DNA of 63,525 nt, the filler included. It is 4 parts of 4 records of this genome, joined end to end, with 100 filler letters (N's around TTAATTAATTAA, not from the genome) between each part and the next. Parts side by side here need not be neighbours in the genome. Positions count along the whole stretch, not along the records: positions 35,084 to 55,768 come from SRR20825006_428; positions 55,869 to 63,525 come from SRR20825006_429; 2 more parts are not named here. One strand, given 5' to 3'. Under the pieces are notes generated by a model. That model had not been told where the DNA came from. It saw nothing but the letters and a program-made list of their open reading frames with translations, and did not search any database. How positions within the stretch are numbered: the first letter of the stretch is position 1; each line of letters begins with the position of its first letter. The translations under genes and the position numbers were made by a program. This document shows positions 48,059-58,348 of this stretch, one piece after another.

Positions 48059-49468
48059 ATGACAGAGCTTAGCCCGGACTTCCTGACCGCTGCCCAAAAC
48101 CTGCTCGGCCCGAGGGGGTGGAGCATGGCGGCGGAAGAGCTCGCCAAAGTGTCGTCGCCCTGGCGCGGCACCTACAAGGGCGAGACGCCTTTCCTCGCAA
48201 AGCCCGCCACAACGGAAGAGACCGCTGCACTGGTGCGACTTTGCAATGAACATGGCGTCGCGATCACACCTCAGGGCGGCAATACCGGCCTGGTTGATGC
48301 GGGCACGCCGCATGGCGAAATCTGTGTGTCGATGCAACGGATGAATGCGGTACGTGCACTCGATGCGTTCAACAATTCGCTCGTGATCGAGGCTGGCGCT
48401 CCCCTTGTCGTGGCGCAGCAAGCGGCCGACGACGCCCAGCGCTTGTTCCCGCTTTCACTCGGCTCGGAAGGCACCGCCACGATTGGCGGCCTGATTTCGA
48501 CCAATGCTGGCGGGGTCGCGGTGCTGCGCTATGGCATGATGCGCGACCTGATCCTTGGCCTCGAAGTCGTGCTGCCGAATGGAGATATCTGGAACGGCCT
48601 GTCGGGCCTGCGCAAGAACAATACGGGCTACGATCTGAAACACTTGTTTGCTGGCGCAGAAGGTACGCTCGGTATCATCACGGCTGCGACCCTGAAACTG
48701 TTTCCCAAGGTTCAGCGCGCGAGCGCCTGGGTCACCTGCACAACAGCAAGCGACGTCGTGAAACTGCTCGCAATGGTTCGCGACCATGCCGGCGATACGG
48801 TTACGAGCTTCGAGATCATCCCCGCCAATGCCGTCGCCATGGTACAGGCAGACGTGCCGGACACGCGCGACCCACTTCCATCTGATTTGCCTTGGCGCGT
48901 GCTGATCGAAGTTTCCATGTCGCGCGCCGAACATGCCCGCGACGTTCTGGAAGGCGCACTCGCCTCAGCATATGAGAGCGAACTTGTGCAGGATGCCGTC
49001 ATTGCCGAAAGCGTCGCGCAAGCCGAAAGCTTCTGGCACATCCGCGAGACAATCCCCCTGTCGAAACGAGCATATGGCACCGCGCTGAACCAGGACATCT
49101 CCGTACCGGTCAGCCGCATTCCCGAATTTATCGATGCTTGCAACGCGGCTGTTCTGGAAAAGGTGCCTTCAGCGGAGTTTGTGATCTTCGGTCATGTCGG
49201 CGATGGCAATCTCCATTATTCTGTTTGCGAGCCAGCCAGCGCAAAGCGTCCAGTTCTACGTGGTCAGGATGAAGCAATCTTTCGTATCATCTATGATCAG
49301 GTCATGAGCTTCGACGGATCCATTAGCGCCGAACACGGTGTTGGGCGGCTGAAACGTGATGAACTGGAACGCATTCGTCCGAAGGCAGCCACCGAAATGA
49401 TGCGTGCCATCAAACATGCGCTAGACCCAAACAAGATCATGAACCCCGGTCGCGTCATCAATTCCTGA
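48059..49468 (+). CDS. FAD-binding oxidoreductase (D-2-hydroxyacid dehydrogenase, GlcD/D2HGDH-like)
   Basis: PQGGNTGL, STNAGG, GAEGTLGII, GHVGDGNLH, SAEHGVG. Confidence 0.92.
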   Translation: MTELSPDFLTAAQNLLGPRGWSMAAEELAKVSSPWRGTYKGETPFLAKPATTEETAALVRLCNEHGVAITPQGGNTGLVDAGTPHGEICVSMQRMNAVRALDAFNNSLVIEAGAPLVVAQQAADDAQRLFPLSLGSEGTATIGGLISTNAGGVAVLRYGMMRDLILGLEVVLPNGDIWNGLSGLRKNNTGYDLKHLFAGAEGTLGIITAATLKLFPKVQRASAWVTCTTASDVVKLLAMVRDHAGDTVTSFEIIPANAVAMVQADVPDTRDPLPSDLPWRVLIEVSMSRAEHARDVLEGALASAYESELVQDAVIAESVAQAESFWHIRETIPLSKRAYGTALNQDISVPVSRIPEFIDACNAAVLEKVPSAEFVIFGHVGDGNLHYSVCEPASAKRPVLRGQDEAIFRIIYDQVMSFDGSISAEHGVGRLKRDELERIRPKAATEMMRAIKHALDPNKIMNPGRVINS

Positions 49469-49533
49469 TCGGGTTCCCAGTTGCCTTCCCGCCAGATCGC
49501 TGTAGCGTCCACAGACCAATGCGGGAGACATAA

Positions 49534-49839
49534 ATGCGTACACACCTTGCCGCCATCGCGCTCATCGCGCCGCTGATCGCCTGTGAGCCTACGCCTCCAA
49601 TCGTAGGCGGACCGTGCAGCTATGAAACCACAATCATCTCGGCAACGGTGACCGAAGTCGATGAAGACGGCGCTTTGTTCGATGGGCCCGAGGGAGAATT
49701 GTGGGTCCCGGCCTCCTACTTGGGCACGCTGCCGGAAGTCGGAGAGACACTCACGCTGAAACGCGATCAGATCACCCAGGGCACATGCACGCCGGAAATG
49801 TACGAAGTGGTCGCAGCCGATGTCAGCGACGAGGACTAA
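49534..49839 (+). CDS. Small lipoprotein, hypothetical
   Basis: GGAG RBS; lipobox LIAC; GGPCSY...GTCTP cysteine pair. Confidence 0.7.
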   Translation: MRTHLAAIALIAPLIACEPTPPIVGGPCSYETTIISATVTEVDEDGALFDGPEGELWVPASYLGTLPEVGETLTLKRDQITQGTCTPEMYEVVAADVSDED

Positions 49840-49866
49840 CGTCCCGAGCGGCGACTGGAAACGACC

Positions 49867-50508
49867 ATGAGAAGGCCGTCCAGCGTCGATGCACTTGCGG
49901 AGTTTGGACGTGCGCGCTTGTCACGCTCTTTCTTCATGCGCGACTTCCTGTATTCGGATATCGCCGCGCTTCACGGCTTCTCGAACGTTCCCGATGATCC
50001 GGACCTTGCCATTACCGCCGGCACGAAGCTCTGCACGGAATTGCTGGAACCCTTGCAGGACGTTTTCGGGCGCATCGCCATCCGGTCCGCCTATCGCTCT
50101 GCTGAAGTGAATGGATTTGGCAACCAGATGCAGCGGGACAAGAAGAAGGGCTACAATTGCGCCTCGAACGAAAGCAATTACGGCCATCATATCTGGGACC
50201 GGCGGGATGCCGAAGGAAACATGGGTGCAACCGCCTGCGTCGTTATTCCAGCCTTCTACGATGCTTTCCACGCAGAAGGGGACTGGCAGAAACTGGCCTG
50301 GTGGATCCACGACCATTTGCCTTATTCAACGCTATACTTCTTCCCGAAACTCTGGGCCGTGAACATTCAGTGGCGCGAAAATCCGGTTCGCCAGATCGAC
50401 AGCTATACCCCGCCGCGTGGTCGGCTGACAGATGAGAGTAAGCCGAATTTTCACGGCTCACACGAAGCGGAGTGGGCATCCCTGCGTGACGTTTTCCCGA
50501 AAGCCTGA
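49867..50508 (+). CDS. Peptidase M15A-like protein (divergent)
   Basis: RLSRSFFMRDF..S, LC..LLEPL, IRSAYRS..VN resemble M15A/YcbK proteins. Confidence 0.6.
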   Translation: MRRPSSVDALAEFGRARLSRSFFMRDFLYSDIAALHGFSNVPDDPDLAITAGTKLCTELLEPLQDVFGRIAIRSAYRSAEVNGFGNQMQRDKKKGYNCASNESNYGHHIWDRRDAEGNMGATACVVIPAFYDAFHAEGDWQKLAWWIHDHLPYSTLYFFPKLWAVNIQWRENPVRQIDSYTPPRGRLTDESKPNFHGSHEAEWASLRDVFPKA

Positions 50509-50513
50509 AAGGG

Positions 50514-51173
50514 TCAGCTGGCAAGCGCTGCAGATATCTCCGCATGCGACGCAAACACATCCTGCGCGCCCGCCGCCCTGAGCCGGTCGCCAAGCCCCGC
50601 ATCGGCATGACCACCGCCCGTAAAGCCCCACGCTGTCATCCCGGCGGCGCGCGCGGCTGTCACACCATTCACGCTGTCTTCGAGTACGACACATTTGTCG
50701 GGCCGGGCACTGATCTGTTCGGCTGCGTGCAGAAACAGGTCAGGCGCAGGCTTTCCATTGGTCACGAGGTCTGAGGAATATATGTGCGGCGCAAAAGTAT
50801 CGTACAGGCCAGTGAGACGAAGTTTACGGACGAGCTTTGGTGCCTCGGAAGACGACGCCACTGCCTGCGCCCCAGAGAACGCGGCGGAAATGTCCAACAC
50901 ACCTTCAATCGCGCGCAGATCCGTTTCGAAGTGTTGCCAGATGCGCGCCTGCAACTGGTCGGCAAAATCCGGAGGCAAGGGGCGTCCACGCTCAATGGCA
51001 TCCGCCGCGAGAGCCGCATGGAAGTCCCGATTGTGCAGGCCGACAAAACGCGAAACGAAAATCTCGAACGGATAGTCGAGCCCCCAGCCAGAGAGCATTT
51101 CCCGTTCAGTGGCGATGGAGATTGTTTCGGAGTCGACCAACACCCCATCGCAATCAAAGATCAAGGCGTCCAC
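50514..51173 (-). CDS. HAD family phosphatase
   Basis: FDCDGVLVDSE, VASSS, KPAPDLF, LEDS..GV.AA; GTG start at 51173. Confidence 0.92.
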   Translation of the reverse strand: MDALIFDCDGVLVDSETISIATEREMLSGWGLDYPFEIFVSRFVGLHNRDFHAALAADAIERGRPLPPDFADQLQARIWQHFETDLRAIEGVLDISAAFSGAQAVASSSEAPKLVRKLRLTGLYDTFAPHIYSSDLVTNGKPAPDLFLHAAEQISARPDKCVVLEDSVNGVTAARAAGMTAWGFTGGGHADAGLGDRLRAAGAQDVFASHAEISAALAS

Positions 51174-51178
51174 AGAGC

Positions 51179-53089
51179 CTATCCCCGCCGCCCGAACAGG
51201 CGTTCGATGTCGGCGAGCTTCAGCTCCACATAGGTCGGCCGCCCATGATTGCACTGGCCGGAATGTGGCGTCGCTTCCATCTGGCGGAGCAGCGCATTCA
51301 TCTCCTCGCCATTCAGTCGTCGTCCGGCTCGCACTGAACCGCGGCACGCCATGTTCCCCATGACTTCCTCGAACCGCTCCTTGAGCGCGAGGCCCGCATC
51401 ATATTCGGCGAAGTCATCGGCGAGATCACGGATCAAGCCCATTGCGTCCATTTCCCCGAACAGGGCGGGGGTGGCCCGTACACAGATCGCGCCGGCCCCA
51501 AAAGGTTCGATTTCCAGACCCAGCCCAGCCAACTCGTCGGCGCGCTCGAGCACGCGGGTCGCCTCGTCCTCAGTAAGCTCCACCACATCCGGGATCAGCA
51601 GCGCCTGACGCCTTACCCCACCCGCAGCCATTTGGCGTTTCATGTCCTCGTAGACCAGCCGCTCATGAGCGGCATGCTGATCCACGATAACAATGCCATC
51701 CGCTGTCTGCGCAACGACATAGGTTTCGTGCAACTGAGCGCGGGCGACGCCGAGTGGAAAGTCAGAAGGCATACCTTGCGCGGGCGCGGCTTCCGGCTCC
51801 ACCCGTGCGGACGGAGCGGCATCATATCGATAGGCAGGTGGTGGTGCTTCTTGCAGCCCCGCCATCACATCGCCAGAGGGCGGAAGAGGCTGGTCGAAAT
51901 CAATGCCCGATGGCTGGCGATAATAGGAAGAGGGGGAAGCTTGTCGCTCTGGCGCAGATGGCAACGACCAGAGATTGGCTGACGTGGCCTCTTCGATCCG
52001 AACCTTGCCGAGCGCAGAATTCGCGACCGTGGTCGACGCTCTGTGTCCCGCCGCGGCCAGCGCATGACGCAGTGCGCCAATCATCAAACCTCTTACATTC
52101 CCCGCATCGCGGAAGCGCACCTCGGTCTTGGCGGGGTGCACGTTCACATCGACATATTCCGGGTCAAGATCAACAAACAGCGCCGCCAACGGGTGCCGGT
52201 CGCGCGCCAGGAAATCCTGATAGGCGGCGCGGATTACGCCATTCAGCATACGGTCCTTCACGGGCCGACCATTGACGAACAGGAATTGCATCTGGGCGTT
52301 GCCGCGATTGAGCGTCGGCAGGCCGGCAAAGCCAGCAAGGCGAACACCTTCGCGCTCGGCATCAATCTCCAGCGCGTTCTCACGGAAATCACGTCCCATG
52401 ATTCCGCCGAGCCGGGCCAGTTGGCCGGAGGCGCCTTCGGCTTCAGCGGCATAGCGCAGCGAGTTCCGGCCATTATTTTCCAGCGAGAAAGCAACATGCG
52501 GATTGGCCATGGCGAGACGCTTGATCGTGTCAGTCACAGCCATGCTTTCGGCGCGCTCGCCCTTCATGAACTTCAACCGGGCGGGAGTCGCGTAGAACAG
52601 GTCGCGCACTTCGATGCGGGTGCCAGTCTCGCCGCGCCCGGTAAACGCCGCCGGGCGAGGGCCTTCCATCCGTCCCGCCTCAACAAAGACTTCGGCTGCG
52701 TCTTCGCCGGTCGCGCGGGATGAAATGCTGCAGCGGCTGACCGAGGCAATCGACGGCAACGCTTCACCCCGGAAGCCCATCGTGTGTATGTTCAGCAAAT
52801 CCACTCGCCCGCCGGCATCCGGCACGAGCTTGGAGGTTGCATGGCGTTCCAGCGCGACGAGCAGATCGTCGGCAGACATGCCACAGCCATCATCTTCGAT
52901 GATGATCCGTTTCAGGCCCCCCGCTTCGATGGAGACAGAAATACGGCGAGCGCCAGCGTCCAGAGCATTCTCGACCAATTCCTTGACGGCGGCCGCCGGG
53001 CGCTCGACCACTTCGCCCGCCGCGATCCGGTTCACGACATCAGGTGGCAGCTTGCGAATCTCGGGGCGAGGGCGGGCGGAATCAGGCAT
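51179..53089 (-). CDS. mutL: DNA mismatch repair endonuclease MutL
   Basis: [43 protein letters not shown]. Confidence 0.98.
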   Translation of the reverse strand: MPDSARPRPEIRKLPPDVVNRIAAGEVVERPAAAVKELVENALDAGARRISVSIEAGGLKRIIIEDDGCGMSADDLLVALERHATSKLVPDAGGRVDLLNIHTMGFRGEALPSIASVSRCSISSRATGEDAAEVFVEAGRMEGPRPAAFTGRGETGTRIEVRDLFYATPARLKFMKGERAESMAVTDTIKRLAMANPHVAFSLENNGRNSLRYAAEAEGASGQLARLGGIMGRDFRENALEIDAEREGVRLAGFAGLPTLNRGNAQMQFLFVNGRPVKDRMLNGVIRAAYQDFLARDRHPLAALFVDLDPEYVDVNVHPAKTEVRFRDAGNVRGLMIGALRHALAAAGHRASTTVANSALGKVRIEEATSANLWSLPSAPERQASPSSYYRQPSGIDFDQPLPPSGDVMAGLQEAPPPAYRYDAAPSARVEPEAAPAQGMPSDFPLGVARAQLHETYVVAQTADGIVIVDQHAAHERLVYEDMKRQMAAGGVRRQALLIPDVVELTEDEATRVLERADELAGLGLEIEPFGAGAICVRATPALFGEMDAMGLIRDLADDFAEYDAGLALKERFEEVMGNMACRGSVRAGRRLNGEEMNALLRQMEATPHSGQCNHGRPTYVELKLADIERLFGRRG

Positions 53090-53265
53090 CTGGTTACAAT
53101 ACCCCGGCTGACGCGCTTTGTCCCCGCCTGCCCGCACGGTTTCAACAGAGACCAGCCAAGGCGGGTATGTCCGGCTCGCGCCCGGCGTCCAGTTGACGCA
53201 GGCCGGTTGCCTTCCGTGCGGTTACCCCACAAAGTGCGCCGGAACATTCCGGAGCCTGAAATTCC

Positions 53266-53817
53266 ATGAAGTTGACTTCTTCCCTCGCCGTCGCCGCAAT
53301 AGTGTTGCTCACCGCTTGTGGCGGCTCAGATGCGCCTGCAAATGACACCCCGGCCGAGGAAGCACCTCCGGCGAAGGCCCCGGCAGAAGCGGCGCCCGCC
53401 GCTGCCCCCGCTGAAGCGGCGGTTGATGCGGTATCACCGTTCGCGGCCCTGCCCGCCCCGTACAATACCGCCGATTATGCGCGCGGTCGCCGCACCTGGA
53501 AGCTCTGTCAATCCTGCCACATTACGGCGGAAGGCGGCGGTAATCTCGTTGGCCCGAACCTGCATGGGCTGTTCGGTCGTGAGGCCGGCACACTGGAGGG
53601 CTTTGCCTATTCCCCTGCCCTGCAAGAAGCCGACTTCATCTGGACGCCCGACAAGGTCGATCACTGGCTGGAGAACCCGCGCACTTTCCTGCCTGGCAAC
53701 CGCATGACGTTTGCGGGTGTACGCAAACCGGACGACCGCCTGGCGGTTGTCGCCTATCTGATGAGTGAGACCGGCTTCACCGCCGAAGCTACCCCGGAAG
53801 ACGTCCCTGCGGAATAG
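53266..53817 (+). CDS. Lipid-anchored class I cytochrome c (c2/cy-like)
   Basis: Lipobox LTAC, Ala/Pro linker, CQSCH, GPNLHG, PGNRM. Confidence 0.92.
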   Translation: MKLTSSLAVAAIVLLTACGGSDAPANDTPAEEAPPAKAPAEAAPAAAPAEAAVDAVSPFAALPAPYNTADYARGRRTWKLCQSCHITAEGGGNLVGPNLHGLFGREAGTLEGFAYSPALQEADFIWTPDKVDHWLENPRTFLPGNRMTFAGVRKPDDRLAVVAYLMSETGFTAEATPEDVPAE

Positions 53818-53827
53818 ACTGGTGTGA

Positions 53828-54514
53828 TTAATGCCGGAGGATAAGGGCGAGCAGCACAGCATGCTCGTCAAACTCTCCGGCAAATTCCTCTCGATACCCG
53901 ATCGCCACATCGGCCCATCCGAAATGATAGCCAAGCTTGGTCTCATACTTGTTTGAATCCGCCGTTTCGTTCCCGCGCTCGACCCAAAGCTGCTGGCTTA
54001 TAAAGAAGTCCTGCCAGATATCGACGCCATAGCCGAACTCGGCGCGCTGGCGGACACAGCCATCTTCATGACGGATCACAGCGGCATCCGCGAAGACATA
54101 GAAGTTACGACCGCCCCGCAGGCCAGACAGGCCGCCGCTGAGGCGGGCTTCGGCGCCCCACTCGTCGCATCCGAATACGCCGGCCAGGGAGCTGCCATGA
54201 ACCAGGCCGCCTTCAACGCCGACGGCCCACCCCTTGTGGGTGACCAGTTGCCGACGCAGCGTGGCGCGCCAGAACTCCTTGTTGAACTGGCTGCCGACCT
54301 CATAGGCCACCGCCTCTGATTTTGCGGTAACCGTCCAATTCGGTGCGAAGCCATACTCGCCGTAGAGCGAAACGCGGTTTCCACGGACGCCTTCCAGCTC
54401 CTCTTCAGTGCCGACGGCCTCGGCATACCAACCTTCATGCGGTTGGGACCAAGGCCCTGCCGAAGCGGGTACGGCCCATGCCAGCCCGAGAAAAAGAACC
54501 CCAAATCCCCTCAT
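53828..54514 (-). CDS. Exported hypothetical protein, probable beta-barrel
   Basis: Signal peptide ending ASA; YGEYG and alternating strand pattern. Confidence 0.65.
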   Translation of the reverse strand: MRGFGVLFLGLAWAVPASAGPWSQPHEGWYAEAVGTEEELEGVRGNRVSLYGEYGFAPNWTVTAKSEAVAYEVGSQFNKEFWRATLRRQLVTHKGWAVGVEGGLVHGSSLAGVFGCDEWGAEARLSGGLSGLRGGRNFYVFADAAVIRHEDGCVRQRAEFGYGVDIWQDFFISQQLWVERGNETADSNKYETKLGYHFGWADVAIGYREEFAGEFDEHAVLLALILRH

Positions 54515-54585
54515 CGCAGAGAAACCTAGTGAAGAAATCTGGGGTTGAAAACCATTTTCTGTCTCGCGTGGAATCCATGAAAATG

Positions 54586-54619
54586 AAAAAGCCCCCGCCA
54601 AATTGGCGAGGGCTTTTTT
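54586..54619. terminator. Intrinsic terminator after the ldtR-like gene
   Basis: AAAAAGCCC-c-CGCCA-aat-TGGCG-a-GGGCTTTTTT. Confidence 0.8.
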
Positions 54620-54642
54620 AGTCGTCCATGTAATCCGCGCGC

Positions 54643-55149
54643 TTAGAGGCGGAACCGGATCTGGTCGGACCAGAAGCGCTCAAGGCGAGAAATGGTCTTG
54701 TTCAGTTGCGACAGGTCATCCGGACGCACGCTGGCCGTTGGCTCAAGCGCGCCGGCCTGCTTCTCGAAGAGGGCCTCGACCCGTTTGCGAACCTTCAGAC
54801 CGCGCTCGGTCAGGCTGAGCGTGACGGTGCGCTTGTCATCTTCGGAGCGGGTCTGGATCAGATAGCCGCCTTCCTGGAGTTTCTTGACGTTGTAGGAGAG
54901 GCTGGTGCCAGCAAAGGCGCCACGAGCCCGAAGAACAGATGCGGGGGCTTCGCCTTCGCCAATTTCATAAAGCAACAATGCCTGAACGCCGGTCAGCGAC
55001 CGCTCGCCGCCGCGCTCCAGATCGTCCTTCACAACATCATGAAGACGACGGTGCGCCTGCTCAAGCAAAGACAAAGACTTCAGGAAAGACTCGCCCAACG
55101 AATTGTTCGCAGTATCCTGCGCTTCTGCAATCATCATTTTCATCACCAC
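54643..55149 (-). CDS. ldtR: MarR-family regulator, LdtR-like
   Basis: HRRLHDVVKDD, VQALLLYEIG, SYNVKKL, RLERFWSDQIRFRL match the alphaproteobacterial LdtR family. Confidence 0.75.
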   Translation of the reverse strand: MVMKMMIAEAQDTANNSLGESFLKSLSLLEQAHRRLHDVVKDDLERGGERSLTGVQALLLYEIGEGEAPASVLRARGAFAGTSLSYNVKKLQEGGYLIQTRSEDDKRTVTLSLTERGLKVRKRVEALFEKQAGALEPTASVRPDDLSQLNKTISRLERFWSDQIRFRL

Positions 55150-55327
55150 TCAACTATTCACTCAACTTTTGTTGTAGTTTGAGTAGAAATACACGAGCAA
55201 TCCTAATGAATTGATAAGCATGCCCTTTTCTCAAGAGTAGAAGGTTAATATCCACGCGAATACATTAACCGTTACTATTACGTAACGATTTGGGCCTGTC
55301 AGGTTTGGATATCATGAAAGTATTCGC

Positions 55328-55765
55328 TCAAGCGAACGTGTCGACCGTGCCGCGAATGCCGTATTTCGGACTAGGCCCATGCACGTTCGGCTCTGCACGA
55401 CTGTCGATCAGCATGAATACGAAAACGATCAGGCCGCCGACATAGGGAATCAAGTTCAGCAGGTACATCCAGCCGGACAGATCCTGATCATGGAAACGCC
55501 GTACGGTGACAGCTATACCCGGAATGATGGTATAAAGTATCCAAAGCGCGGTGAAGAGAGGGAGAAAGTATCCCTCGGAGTCGTCGACGCCAAATATTGA
55601 TAGGGTAAGGATCGTGTCGACAACAAACGCCAAGATGAGCGCAAGTATCGAAAACAATATGTATCCCCAATACTCTTGGCGGCGTGCGCGGCCATTGAAC
55701 TTGAAATAGCTGGATGACAGACATCTGAGAAAGTACGTCCAGATACCGTCACTCTTGACTGCCAT
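55328..55765 (-). CDS. DUF805 membrane protein (possibly 5' partial)
   Basis: YFKFNGRARRQEYW, PGIAVTVRRFHD, N.HGP. Confidence 0.9.
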   Translation of the reverse strand: MAVKSDGIWTYFLRCLSSSYFKFNGRARRQEYWGYILFSILALILAFVVDTILTLSIFGVDDSEGYFLPLFTALWILYTIIPGIAVTVRRFHDQDLSGWMYLLNLIPYVGGLIVFVFMLIDSRAEPNVHGPSPKYGIRGTVDTFA

Positions 55766-55768
55766 GGG

Positions 55769-55868
55769 NNNNNNNNNNNNNNNNNNNNNNNNNNNNNNNN
55801 NNNNNNNNNNNNTTAATTAATTAANNNNNNNNNNNNNNNNNNNNNNNNNNNNNNNNNNNNNNNNNNNN
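55769..55868. other. Artificial contig-join spacer
   Basis: 44 N + TTAATTAATTAA + 44 N. Confidence 0.98.
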
Positions 55869-56300
55869 GCCGGCAAACTCACCCTGGGCGCCGGCCATGG
55901 GCGCCAGCGATACGCCTTTCATGCCGGTAACTTCCTTGAGGAAGTTCTGCAGCTCGAACATGCAGCTGAGGAAACCCTGGCTGTGGCTTTCCGGCGCCAG
56001 CGGATGACGATTGAGAAAGCCCGGCAACATGGCGGCGCGGTTGGCACCACGGGGGTTGTACTTCATGGTGCATGAACCCAGCGGATAGAACTGCTTGTCG
56101 ATGGCGAAGTTCTTGCTGGACAGGTTGGTGTAGTGACGCACCACCTGCATTTCGGACACTTCCGGCAGCCCCGGTTTTTCCTTGCGGCGCAGGTGCGCAG
56201 GAATGGCGGACAGCTTGTCGTCACTTAACGCTTTCGGCGCTTGGGAAGTGGCGCTACGGCCCGGGTGAGACAGTTGGAAAATCAGTTGTGTCTCGCTCAT
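55869..56300 (-). CDS. gcvPB: Glycine dehydrogenase subunit 2, 3' partial
   Basis: [33 protein letters not shown]. Confidence 0.95.
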
Positions 56301-57655
56301 GCCAGCACCTCCTTCAGCGCCGCTGCAAACAAATCCAGATCACCTTCGCTGTGCACTTCGGTGGCGTTCACCAAAATCGCGTTGGCCATGTCGTAGTCTT
56401 TCGCCAGGCTCACACCACCCAGCACGTCTTTCTCGGCCAGCGCCGCCAGCACCTGATCCGCCGGTTTCGGCAGGGTCAGCACCACTTCGTGGAAGGTGGG
56501 CGCGGTGAAGGCACGCTCCACGCCATTAATAGCGGTGAGTTTGTCGGCCAACGCCTGAGTGTTGGCGTGGCAATGGGCCGCCACATTGCCCAGACCGTCT
56601 GGCCCAAGCAGCGAGGTATAAATGGTCGCCGCGGTCATGGCCAGGCCCTGGTTGGTACAGATATTACTGGTGGCCTTGGAGCGACGAATATGTTGTTCAC
56701 GGGCTTGCAGCGTCAGGGTGAAACCCTGCTTGCCTTCCATGTCCACGGTGCGGCCGATGATCCGGCCCGGCATTTGCCGAACGTGTTTTTGCTTGCAGCA
56801 CATGAAGCCGAAATACGGACCACCGGAGGACAACGGCACACCCAGCGGCTGCCCTTCACCCACCACGATGTCCGCACCTTCTGTGCCCCATTGGCCGGGC
56901 GGGGTCAGCAGCGCCAGAGAGGTGGGGTTCACCACACCGATGACCAGCATCTTGTTGGCATGGGCCCAGTCGGTGAGCGCATCCACTTCTTCCAGTGAAC
57001 CGAAGTAGTTGGGCTGGCTAATCACCAGGGCGGCGAAGTCTTCGCCTTCATAGGGCTTGAGCACATCCAGCGGAGTCTGGCCGCTGGCAGGATCGAAGCC
57101 CACTCTTTCCAGGGCCACATCCTGATTTTCCACAATGGCCTGGGTGGCACTGGTGTAACGCGGATTCAACGCAGTGGGCACCAGCACTTTGCGGGACTTG
57201 CTCTTGCGGTTGGCGCGCAGGCTCATCAGCACCGCTTCGGCCAGGCCGGACGCACCGTCGTAGACAGAGGCGTTGCTCACGTCCATGCCGGTGAGACGAG
57301 TCATCAGGGTCTGAAATTCGTAGATCACCTGCAAGGTGCCCTGGCTGGCTTCCGCCTGGTACGGCGTATAGGCGGTGTAGAACTCACCACGAGTCGCAAT
57401 CTCCCATACCGCCGCCGGAATGTGGTGCTGGTAGGCACCGGCCCCGATAAAGCTCACCGCGCCAGCGTCCTGGGCGGCGCGCTCGCTCATCAGGCGGGTC
57501 ACTTCCATTTCGCTCAGGCCTTCAGGCAAGGCATCGAGCTTGCCAGCGGCTTTCAGGTGCGCGGGAATTTCATCGAACAAATCTTCGATGCTGTCGGCGC
57601 CAATGGCGTCGAGCATGGCACGCACGTCATCGGGGGTATGGGGGATGTAGGGCAT
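56297..57655 (-). CDS. gcvPA: Glycine dehydrogenase subunit 1
   Basis: [40 protein letters not shown]. Confidence 0.96.
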   Translation of the reverse strand: MPYIPHTPDDVRAMLDAIGADSIEDLFDEIPAHLKAAGKLDALPEGLSEMEVTRLMSERAAQDAGAVSFIGAGAYQHHIPAAVWEIATRGEFYTAYTPYQAEASQGTLQVIYEFQTLMTRLTGMDVSNASVYDGASGLAEAVLMSLRANRKSKSRKVLVPTALNPRYTSATQAIVENQDVALERVGFDPASGQTPLDVLKPYEGEDFAALVISQPNYFGSLEEVDALTDWAHANKMLVIGVVNPTSLALLTPPGQWGTEGADIVVGEGQPLGVPLSSGGPYFGFMCCKQKHVRQMPGRIIGRTVDMEGKQGFTLTLQAREQHIRRSKATSNICTNQGLAMTAATIYTSLLGPDGLGNVAAHCHANTQALADKLTAINGVERAFTAPTFHEVVLTLPKPADQVLAALAEKDVLGGVSLAKDYDMANAILVNATEVHSEGDLDLFAAALKEVLA

Positions 57656-57714
57656 GGGGCTACCTGATAGTTGGGGCGTTTGCTGTCAGTTTACGGCGTT
57701 CTGACACGGGCAAT

Positions 57715-57778
57715 GCACGCAACACGCTTCACGCAACAGCTCGCCGTTTTGGCGTGTTGCGTGATGCGTCCGACGTGC
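57715..57778. repeat. Heptamer-periodic hairpin in the gcvH-gcvPA spacer
   Basis: GCACGCAACACGCTTCACGCAACA ... TGTTGCGTGATGCGT; 15-bp core stem with 1 mismatch and an inner CGCC/GGCG stem. Confidence 0.7.
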
Positions 57779-57791
57779 TGCGGCGAAGCGA

Positions 57792-58178
57792 TTATTCGCT
57801 ATCGATCTGCGCCTGGTACTGGTCGGCGGTGAGCAGGTTGTCCAGCTCGCCTTCGTCGCTCAGCTGCACTTTGAACAACCAACCGCCTTCATAGGGCACG
57901 TTGTTGACCAGCTCCGGCTCATCTTCCAGTGCTTCGTTGATCTCAACGATTTCACCGGATACCGGGCTGTAGATGTCGGAGGCCGCTTTCACGGATTCCA
58001 CCACACCGGTTTCATCGCCGGCGGCAACAACCTGACCGACTTCGGGCAGTTCCACGTAGACCAGATCGCCCATGGCATCCTGAGCGTGGTCACTGATGCC
58101 GACGGTGGCAACACCGCCTTCTACCTTGGCCCATTCGTGGCTGGCGGCATAACGCAGCTCGGCTGGAATTTCGCTCAT
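57792..58178 (-). CDS. gcvH: Glycine cleavage system H protein
   Basis: [14 protein letters not shown] lipoyl lysine; AGGAG RBS. Confidence 0.97.
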   Translation of the reverse strand: MSEIPAELRYAASHEWAKVEGGVATVGISDHAQDAMGDLVYVELPEVGQVVAAGDETGVVESVKAASDIYSPVSGEIVEINEALEDEPELVNNVPYEGGWLFKVQLSDEGELDNLLTADQYQAQIDSE

Positions 58179-58196
58179 TGTTTTCTCCTTGGTTAA

Positions 58197-58345
58197 ACGC
58201 TTCACGCGACACGATTCACGCGTGCACGCTGAAATTTATTCAACAGGAACGTCGCTGGCGACGCTCCTGCAGTGGGGCAATATTTTGGCGAAGATGCCGT
58301 TGGCATTTCCGCCCTGCGAAACAGGCTTCCCGCCGCGAGAAGCGT
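58197..58345. repeat. Structured gcvT-gcvH spacer closed by a heptamer-type stem
   Basis: ACGCTTCACGCG / CGCGAGAAGCGT outer stem enclosing CAGGAACGTCGC-tg-GCGACGCTCCTG and GCGAAGATGCC-gtt-GGCATTTCCGC. Confidence 0.6.
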
Positions 58346-58348
58346 GCG

